From a virus: DNA of 64,000 nt. This document shows positions 58,201-64,000 of this stretch, one piece after another. The position numbers and the translations under genes were made by a program. The notes under the pieces were generated by a model, which did not search any database, had not been told where the DNA came from, and worked only from the letters and a program-made list of their open reading frames with translations. The stretch is taken from IMG/VR virus record IMGVR_UViG_3300027852_000033, positions 37,905-101,904 of that record. One strand, 5' to 3'. Within the stretch, counting starts at the first letter, position 1. Each line of letters opens with the position of its first letter.

Positions 58201-60964
58201 TAATGGAACATATATTAGACCAGTTCATAGAATAAAAGATATTGCAAGTCAAGTATTAATGAGAATAACCCAGGTAATATCTACATTAGCCGATTTCACA
58301 GCTAACCCGGCGCTACAAAAACAACCGGAGCAGGAGCTTTATGTATCTTATAATTCATATATGGACTCTCTAAAAGGCGGGGTAGTAAAAGAACTTACAG
58401 GTACAGCTTTAGGAGTAACTGGGTTAACCAAAGAACAAGTTGGGTATAACCATCAATTACTAGAAAATGTAAATATAAGTGGAGATAGATATTGGCCAAT
58501 GATGGATTCACCCGATAAGGGAGCTTGGGTTACTTTTGATGAAACTGCATGGGATATTCTACGCGAGTTGAATTTGTTACTACCTAATAATATATTAACT
58601 GTTAGGCCTATGGATACTAGAAGCACAATAGTATGGGGAGATAATAATGGTTATTATAGAATACGAAGATCAATAGATATTGAATGCGTTGTTGCTAACC
58701 AGTTAATATATAAAATTGATCCTATTTTATCAGCTAACCAACCAAAAAGTTTATCTGTATTTAATATAATTAGAAAAGAAATAAATAGTGAACGCGAAAA
58801 TACAAGAGCGGCTGGAATTGCACTTGCGACCTTGGTATCTTATTATTCCCAAATGATTATGGGCGGGATGGGATTCAGTATACCAGAGAATGAAAGGGTA
58901 TATATAGGACAAGATACTTCAATTGGTAGAGCTATTGCATGGTATGACCTTGAAAAAAATAATACCGTGGAGATAGAACATATGGTAAAACTTGCGGTAG
59001 GTAAAATGTCTGAATTATCTGCCAAAGCTATGGATGAAATTGGAGATGCAAATGCGGCCAGACTATCCCAAGTTACTATGAAAAATATAAGAGATAATTT
59101 AGTTATGCAAGATTCAGGAATAACTGAGCTTTCTGTAGCTAAAGCGCTTTGTACAGAATTTGCATGTGAGATAGTACTTAAATATTGTAGAGAAGTAGCT
59201 TATAGTAGTAGTAATTCGCATAGGAAAATAAGTGACTATCATATAAAAATTTCAGGAAGGGATATTGTAAGTAATGATTTACAACTAACAAAGCCATATA
59301 ATGCAGTAAACCTAGAATTTCCTAAACCTGGGACAGACCCTGATGAACTGTTAGAGACCTCTAAAGGATTAACCACCGGGGATAATATAGAGGGCACAGT
59401 AACCCCTCATCTTGCTCATTATAAATTAAAACCATGGGCATGGAAGGTATACCAATCCTATTTCAAAAATATAAACGTATTTAGTAGCGCTAGATCTTCG
59501 GCTATATCAATGGCCGGGGCTAGTATACTGACTAATTTGATGAAAGATACATATCAGGGTACTATAACTACATTAGGTGATTCTAATATTCGCGAAAATG
59601 ACAAAATGCTTATATGGGATGAAACCCGGGATATGTATGGAATAGTTGGAATAAAAACACATACGTTTATGTTTACTCCAACCGAGGGATGTATCAGTAC
59701 CGTAGTTCCTGAAATGGTAGTTAGAAATGAATTTAATATGCAGAATAGTTTGTTTGATTCACTTTTACACGGTACCAGATGGATTATATCAACATTATTA
59801 TTTGGCGCCGCCGCATGGTGGCTCATACGGAAGGGAAAAAGTCTTCATATATCCACAAAGCTAAAGCTTCTCCGTAACCAGAGCAGTGGATTAAAATTTG
59901 CGGATAAAGCATTAGATAAAGTAGGTAAACCTTTCATGCAATTAGAAAAGGTAATGCCAGGATTTATGAAAAGGTTTACAGGGTCAAAGGTTACTATGCA
60001 AGAAGTCAATTCATTCTTGCAAGAAGGAAAATCAGTAGCATCAAGAATTACTAACTTATCAGTCAAAGCAAGGAAAGCTACCGAAGAAGTAGTTATATCA
60101 GAGCGTAATATTAATGAAGTTTTGGGTACATTTAATAGAGTAAAAGGTAGATTAGGTATAGATAAAGTACACAATAGAAAAACAATAGAAGATATGTTTA
60201 TTAATACCATGGAAGAAGTAATCACTTCAAAAACCACAGGAGCGATACGAAGATTAAATGGCAATCAGATGGAAAAATTGTTTGAATCTACCCTCAAAAC
60301 AAATATTACTAATGAACTTAAGGGCGCAATGAAAGGCTCGAAAGCCCAAGTGAACGATTTATTCAATGGCCAGAATGGAGAAACAAGTGTAAATAGTGCG
60401 GTTACATTTGTTATGGGTAGAATTTCCCCTTCCTATTTAGGAAAAAAGATACCAGGTGGGGAATTTAATAAGTCATATGTAGCTAATATTAACAAAATAT
60501 ATGATATTAAAGCAGGGGAAGGTAAGTCATATCAAAAAATGATTGACATGGTCAGTAATAGTATTGTTGGCAGGAAAGGATCTATAATAAGTCATTTGAA
60601 AAAAATAGCAGGTTTTGCTATAGGGTACGCTACTGTAGATTGGTTAACCGATACTACCAGAGTATTTGGAGAAATGTTATTATTAGATTTAAAAACCGCC
60701 GATAATTTAGTAATTAGTCCATTATTTTTCAGAGGAGAACCACTAGTCGCAGGACTTGACGGGATAGAAAAACTGGATGGAGAACATATCTCAAATTGGG
60801 ATATAATGAAATCTAGATTTGGTGATCTTGTGGATGTTATGGGTAGTGCAGTAACTGACACAATATCCCAAGCATATTTTGATGCTGCAATAGAATATAA
60901 CCGGTTTAGTGAACAAAATACTGCTGTTAATGCTGGTAAATATTTCAAATCTGGAGTAGAATAA
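52298..60964 (+). CDS. Giant baseplate hub / tail-associated protein with an NlpC/P60 peptidase domain
   Basis: 2888 aa, TTG start with GGAG RBS. NlpC/P60 motifs KYVWG, DCSGL, IPRTARDQ, PGDIIF, HLGI, FIHA at about 53010-53420. Hub-like C-terminal region (YQGTITTLGDSNIRENDKMLIWD); upstream of spike and wedge genes. Confidence 0.75.
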   Translation: MATIKNKDRNNAKLLIDDFLSDTTDPKIDSGGIELTDNICECEPLSNMIDSIIDNTADNKLSASFPFERYTKFDHNKLDHDFQISVRYKDRKSVGESIKKYSPVFSVANYLHSPHKLILSAILNDVLNEDTIFGRTYRSIPPKVSDVLQWLHTETLKIIPILRELHTDKIIKMIDGKSDNNSLYNLLQKVQASEKNNPDSIRVDVKLDTTKLFVNPGIGSAGVRQNIIDELLKYLNPPVKYVWGEPPEGNPGKGIKDGCDCSGLSYYLYHKYARMEIPRTARDQHSSSTKITQQSTLPGDIIFLDTTGISDNNTIPKTLKVTHLGIVTSAGCKSFIHAAGRPVYNNNIVSGNTGQLKYDTQVSWWKGRIVGYGRFLSEESSLPVSTVTPIDSAGFPDNLDESSISTMNFSISGNTSTGKSLETDIKQLLSKLDTEIKQVSVDIYRRALTKVYKSFVNDLTAKVEYISVNYAPGTSAYIPIAGEFAPVVQSTGGKIIQASIRLKEVKAVDVARLSTMFNISSSDDTIISMLMTARSIFKGGGDTTNRIKYLMLYAEEKKMEEIINELQGVSHLARFDEPVRITNDILNSLGLETFTPVSMELKTNETIAGAYDISIVFNYINLGQRVTESLKKLKGGIQAPIIPIACRLSKSPIDINELGDSSIDDTKFSFLHSISTASIHHGLSELLPLYVITRINDMICNILAIIEDKKIRGEPLTINSTDLEESLMLWSRKSKAKEWIRKNEKLRQQEYDNGNVGKEYPYGTKVTDTASIGASKWAKHGSEALLGAPAIGVALSTMKLTKKLSGGSASFSKWSKLFYACTQVGSVIFSTILGTSSNIDNPFATNSKGTQPKMLFFNILTYIPYMITDIMREYAYAICENRTDSFISGIAQDALDFFTKTKVLTEGNEELPARMYKFPEDITIIDYDNKEYSLGGIVVSMYSSGVNAKIKTDISIPFTNRTLLTTEEGIGLTDLSIKLANKLKKTTADNIKTGKFANATNPVNYASDTLMLHTIMSILNSNKINEVFGTKDGGIGNLETLCGHLLSSDSARLHAKQLVQSLFTSSFMDILASLSLTETNTSVITDIMDSQISKFRLYSESTATEPIMLVFKDRVETDIGTLINISDTILPDNKIKLEISVSDIIDTDEEIKNRVKDIWNELSENDYVQHNPLLVTIIDITEYTIAMVKMNKPIPDSLIGATHIISIIGTLQLSSTDINIAMTEVLTSHIEAFKQDILLGKEDIKSGAISQELLCGMFVDDTLTGNISKAYGQALLSLLIPVENEILSEPIVGETEQALRSIAKSLLGNVPMFQGMIDVDTHMAAEKTRNETVTAGHIARLIEPSTITLFSLTIENIIKLTVSVIVDFSLLILAEILLALATQGVSILKWIVNAAWSLYEIGAAAIAYFAEKGPDIVLTHGSIFILSHWLSGRLHDGLDSSTIVEICYKTGIWLPSALQYDKDVRDHQQTSYLDYPVVSYNSKDGMKPLAPDFYVYKIGFINESYKEMRRLIDTLNGVAEDTFNDNESADFEKYTNTIKDRTNGMFDGIRTTTEERIATPLFPEKVYHAKIIKNVPANRLFKTGPNNDYDYLKYAKIAQYIDDIYFDTVGEQPYNIVYISINSEDGAKYSHNSKRKAMIVLDLEFSKLSEYTDVIDPVVKIYNGDMFDVITKSDQYAEFTDGNFATRIRTSFDTVMRSKVSMSKIELIKFKDTLTEIITAIFDYSTNTKHFDKGVLEQINENMPKTLGNLMMAKSLVGSNIKAIGKPGMNLFKKELSSIGINTLLRSSAFRSGYFYPTIKLFFIEEDAEAWYLFDDLYSYASVVSAIVHMDKDSPIQTAIIKVTNLHNHLNNMMADRVNMEMNFVSAPDENSGINALMLQVGCKIKIQAGNTPILSESDTIFTGRINRLDFNQITTIEATSGGDVLTEAVSKNSYETFGDVSKLSRGLINPAKIASGIKSMAGAAADFNGTYIRPVHRIKDIASQVLMRITQVISTLADFTANPALQKQPEQELYVSYNSYMDSLKGGVVKELTGTALGVTGLTKEQVGYNHQLLENVNISGDRYWPMMDSPDKGAWVTFDETAWDILRELNLLLPNNILTVRPMDTRSTIVWGDNNGYYRIRRSIDIECVVANQLIYKIDPILSANQPKSLSVFNIIRKEINSERENTRAAGIALATLVSYYSQMIMGGMGFSIPENERVYIGQDTSIGRAIAWYDLEKNNTVEIEHMVKLAVGKMSELSAKAMDEIGDANAARLSQVTMKNIRDNLVMQDSGITELSVAKALCTEFACEIVLKYCREVAYSSSNSHRKISDYHIKISGRDIVSNDLQLTKPYNAVNLEFPKPGTDPDELLETSKGLTTGDNIEGTVTPHLAHYKLKPWAWKVYQSYFKNINVFSSARSSAISMAGASILTNLMKDTYQGTITTLGDSNIRENDKMLIWDETRDMYGIVGIKTHTFMFTPTEGCISTVVPEMVVRNEFNMQNSLFDSLLHGTRWIISTLLFGAAAWWLIRKGKSLHISTKLKLLRNQSSGLKFADKALDKVGKPFMQLEKVMPGFMKRFTGSKVTMQEVNSFLQEGKSVASRITNLSVKARKATEEVVISERNINEVLGTFNRVKGRLGIDKVHNRKTIEDMFINTMEEVITSKTTGAIRRLNGNQMEKLFESTLKTNITNELKGAMKGSKAQVNDLFNGQNGETSVNSAVTFVMGRISPSYLGKKIPGGEFNKSYVANINKIYDIKAGEGKSYQKMIDMVSNSIVGRKGSIISHLKKIAGFAIGYATVDWLTDTTRVFGEMLLLDLKTADNLVISPLFFRGEPLVAGLDGIEKLDGEHISNWDIMKSRFGDLVDVMGSAVTDTISQAYFDAAIEYNRFSEQNTAVNAGKYFKSGVE

Positions 60965-60968
60965 GGGT

Positions 60969-61931
60969 ATGGATATTATAGAAATTAGCAAATCTTTCTC
61001 TAAACAAAATGTAAAAGGGACAATAAGAGTACCAAATACTGATAATAATAGCATATCGGGTGGAACTATATCAGAGAAAGGTGGATCTAGTCCTCCGCCT
61101 CCTACTGGGAAAATTATATGCGATGCTATGTTATTACCTATTGATCCTACTTTGGACGCCAAGGCGATGAATGCGGAGAACGAAACTGAACCCTTGGATA
61201 TTCTTGGTGGAGATATTAGACTATCTGTAATTACCAAAGATCCTTATACCGGAGAGGTAATTCAACTCAACAATATACCAGTTAGAAAAACTCCCGGCAC
61301 TATACTAGAGGGAATTCAACCTGGACAAAGATTTAGACTTGAATGTGTGTCATATGAAGCCTTTAAGGATAAAGATACTACTTTAATGGAAGTATATCCA
61401 ACTGGTAGTCCTCCAGTTATTCAAAACAAAGCTCTTCCTACTCCAGTGAAAAATAAAAACGAGATGGATAGTTTCTCTTCTAAACCTACTCCAATCTGTA
61501 AACAATTTAATGTTATGGAAGAACAAGCTAAACGCAGATTAGGAATTGTATATGACAGAGATGATGTAACTATAGTTCAAGGCAAAGATAATGGAAGATC
61601 ACCAGGTATATTGATACATCAAAATGATGGTAAGATATATATGTTTGACTCTTCAGGGAAACAACACATAGCACTCGATGGGGAACGAGTACAGATACAA
61701 GCGTCAGAGATAGATCACGGTTCTGCAAAGGTTGGGGTTGATATGGCCGGTTTTCCTATTCCCATGGAAGAAAACCAGATGAATAATTTTGTTGTTCAAG
61801 GAACTATAGTATCTCCTCAAACAAAGCTTATACCCAATGTAATCAAAACTATAAATACAATTTCATCAATAGTTGGCCTTATCGAACTGGTTGTGGCTTG
61901 TAAAAAAGCTGTAGATATTATGCGAGATTAA
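60969..61931 (+). CDS. Putative baseplate spike / gp5-like protein
   Basis: 320 aa after the hub gene; short beta-repeat stretch GILIHQNDGKIYMFDSSGKQHIALDGERVQIQA. Confidence 0.45.
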   Translation: MDIIEISKSFSKQNVKGTIRVPNTDNNSISGGTISEKGGSSPPPPTGKIICDAMLLPIDPTLDAKAMNAENETEPLDILGGDIRLSVITKDPYTGEVIQLNNIPVRKTPGTILEGIQPGQRFRLECVSYEAFKDKDTTLMEVYPTGSPPVIQNKALPTPVKNKNEMDSFSSKPTPICKQFNVMEEQAKRRLGIVYDRDDVTIVQGKDNGRSPGILIHQNDGKIYMFDSSGKQHIALDGERVQIQASEIDHGSAKVGVDMAGFPIPMEENQMNNFVVQGTIVSPQTKLIPNVIKTINTISSIVGLIELVVACKKAVDIMRD

Positions 61932-61944
61932 AAGAGGTAGTATA

Positions 61945-62904
61945 TTGAATTATGATATTCAAATAAACCCAGATGGCACTTATGTTATATTAAACGGGGA
62001 TATTGTACCTACTAACTATTCTCAATTTTGTTATCAATTAATATATAAGGCTATAATGAATATGCCAGCAGATACAATAACCGGCGATTCAAGTAGTAAT
62101 ATAGAACTTACACGCATATTATTACAATCATATTTTGCTAATTATTTTATAGGTAATACAACCATTGATGCTTCACTTATAGATATAAAAATTACTAAAA
62201 CTACAGTGGATAGTTCATTAGTCAGTTTATCTTATGAAACAACTACCCCAGATGGCGTAGTAGTAGATATATTACAAAATGTAAGTTTTACATTAGTAGG
62301 CGGGGCGCTTACAACTGTAAATTTTGATCCTTTATGGTTAGAAGATATACAAATAGGGTACGAAAAAGAGGTTATTCATAACATAACAGTTTATGAGAAT
62401 ACTAATCAAATTGTTCTTCCCATTAGGCCATATCCTGCGTCATACGTTTCCGGAAATAGAAAAACCAAAGATTTAATATATTTGTTAAAAACTACACATG
62501 ATATAAATATAGAAGAAATAGATCTTCCATTTGATTTTTATAGTTCAGCCAATCAATCACGATATGCAATATCTAGATATATAGAAGGATTTATAGATAA
62601 AGAAAAATCTGTGGTAAATGTAACATTGAATGCAAGTATTGATCCATCTTTATATTCAGTCAATACAATAAACGGCGAGATAACTATTATATTATCTCAA
62701 CTTTCTGTTATGAGAGTATATGGGACTGCATCCGTGGTTAATGCTATACAAGTTACAGATACTTTTGATATAATAGAGCCACTTTCAGTAAATCCAGTAT
62801 ATCCATTATCGCATATAAGAGGTAAAATAGTATCCATATTTCCAAGAACAGTGTCCCCAGGTTCCTATGTTTTAAAGTACACTGGAGCACTTGAGAATAA
62901 ATAA
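61945..62904 (+). CDS. Putative baseplate wedge / sheath initiator with a gp25-like N-terminus
   Basis: TTG start with GAGG RBS; begins YDIQINPDGTYVILNGDIV as gp25-like proteins often do; precedes the J-like gene. Confidence 0.55.
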   Translation: MNYDIQINPDGTYVILNGDIVPTNYSQFCYQLIYKAIMNMPADTITGDSSSNIELTRILLQSYFANYFIGNTTIDASLIDIKITKTTVDSSLVSLSYETTTPDGVVVDILQNVSFTLVGGALTTVNFDPLWLEDIQIGYEKEVIHNITVYENTNQIVLPIRPYPASYVSGNRKTKDLIYLLKTTHDINIEEIDLPFDFYSSANQSRYAISRYIEGFIDKEKSVVNVTLNASIDPSLYSVNTINGEITIILSQLSVMRVYGTASVVNAIQVTDTFDIIEPLSVNPVYPLSHIRGKIVSIFPRTVSPGSYVLKYTGALENK

Positions 62905-62916
62905 AGAGGAAAAATC

Positions 62917-64000
62917 ATGGCAGTTATACCATATGATAGGCGCGGAATAGTAAATAGTAGTGTAAATAAAATATTGACAGAAAATGGTTATATAGATATT
63001 TCATCATCTCCATTTCTTGGGCAAATGACTGATAGTGTTATTTCTGCTATATCTATAGGATTTGATACATTATATAGTATAGCAGACAATATAGATATTG
63101 GTAGGTCTGAAGGATCATATCTTGATAGATGGGGTAAATTTATGAATGAGCCCAGAACTATGCTATCATATGCTTCTGACCTCTCGTTAGCAAATACTTA
63201 TATATACATAAATCCGGAAGATAAAATCGCTAGTGATATTACTGTAAATAGCACCGGTTTTAATATACCTAGTGGTACTGCTATTTCTACCGAAGACAAT
63301 AGTATTGAATTTGAGACAATTGATCCTGTATATATGAAATCAAATAGAAGTAAAGTATTTTGTAGAACCATGTCAAAAGAAGCAGGAGCAATATATGTAT
63401 TACCGGGCCAATTAACTGAAGTGAATATTAACTTAAATGAAATAGAAGGAATTATACCGTCTGCGTTATCTACATATAGCCTTTCCGCAAACAACATGTT
63501 TTCAATATCTGGTGGTGGGGATATCGCTGATGATTTGACTTATCAATATATTTTACAGGAAAAAGCAGAATCTCTTGGGTTGTTTAATGAACATACTATA
63601 AATACTATGATGGATATTTCAGAAGTAGTTAACTTATCTATCAAGGAATATATCGGGGGAGTAAATGTATATATAGAAACTAGAAGGCCCGATATGTCCG
63701 ATATTATAATAGAAATTGCAAGAATGGGATTACGGAATAAAAGAATACTTGGAAATGCAATAACCGTATTTGCTCCATTATATAGTACATTAAAAATATC
63801 AATACAGTTAGAGCTTGAGAGACCAGATAATAATCAAATTACTCAAAGTCAATATAAATCCGCGGTATACGAAGCCATAATTGCGCAATCTATGGGATCA
63901 TCAATAGATTTAACTCAAGTATGTAATGATATAAAACTTGATTTTCCAAATGTTATTGGCACAAGAGTTAAATCCGCGGCTATCAATTCTAGGACTATGA
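62917..64000 (+). CDS. Baseplate J-like wedge protein (3' truncated, absent from the ORF track)
   Basis: ATG 62917 with GAGG RBS, open to the window end; RSEGSYLDRWGKF, FNIPSGTAIST, ISGGGDIADD motifs typical of baseplate J proteins. Confidence 0.75.
   Translation, partial: MAVIPYDRRGIVNSSVNKILTENGYIDISSSPFLGQMTDSVISAISIGFDTLYSIADNIDIGRSEGSYLDRWGKFMNEPRTMLSYASDLSLANTYIYINPEDKIASDITVNSTGFNIPSGTAISTEDNSIEFETIDPVYMKSNRSKVFCRTMSKEAGAIYVLPGQLTEVNINLNEIEGIIPSALSTYSLSANNMFSISGGGDIADDLTYQYILQEKAESLGLFNEHTINTMMDISEVVNLSIKEYIGGVNVYIETRRPDMSDIIIEIARMGLRNKRILGNAITVFAPLYSTLKISIQLELERPDNNQITQSQYKSAVYEAIIAQSMGSSIDLTQVCNDIKLDFPNVIGTRVKSAAINSRTM

Noticed and set aside
25089-63497. Many short minus-strand ORFs inside the large plus-strand genes (e.g. 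25089..25757, 45148..45714, 63198..63497)
   Set aside because: Antisense shadows of long coding frames with I/S/L/F-rich composition; 63198..63497 is antisense to the baseplate J-like gene.
1-64000. Stop-codon reassignment, as in some large phages
   Set aside because: Very long ORFs are intact in the standard code, and TAA, TAG and TGA all end genes at sensible boundaries.
1-64000. Extracellular contractile injection system or tailocin rather than a phage
   Set aside because: A major capsid protein, decoration and neck genes and a phage-type recA block are present.

Overview
The window is an AT-rich piece of a large, probably jumbo-type, contractile-tailed (myovirus-like) phage genome in the standard genetic code, covering almost the whole virion morphogenesis region. 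Plus-strand order: tail end of an acidic scaffold/protease-like gene, head decoration protein, HK97-type major capsid protein, small accessory and fibre-like genes, neck proteins, tail sheath, tail tube and two tube paralogs, tail assembly chaperones, a 2633-aa tape-measure-like protein with a LAGLIDADG intein, a 2300-aa protein, a double-thermonuclease protein, a 2888-aa NlpC/P60-containing hub protein, and spike/gp25/baseplate-J-like genes. A 9-kb minus-strand block (recA, small genes, a 1274-aa exported basic protein and a structured ~800-bp non-coding region) interrupts the tail operon, and a solo intact TnpB sits exactly at a gene-overlap junction. Main discovery candidate: the 2300-aa protein directly after the tape measure gene has, in correct order, motifs resembling both beta and beta' subunits of two-barrel RNA polymerases (beta lysine pair, DFDGD, trigger-loop-like ExxxQxTxxxxH), suggesting a single-chain virion-packaged RNA polymerase. 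The non-coding region holds four covarying 7-bp-stem/3-nt-loop hairpins, each followed by a conserved 12-nt box; these are candidate hairpin promoters or origin elements. All protein assignments come from motif reading and synteny by eye; no database searches were run.
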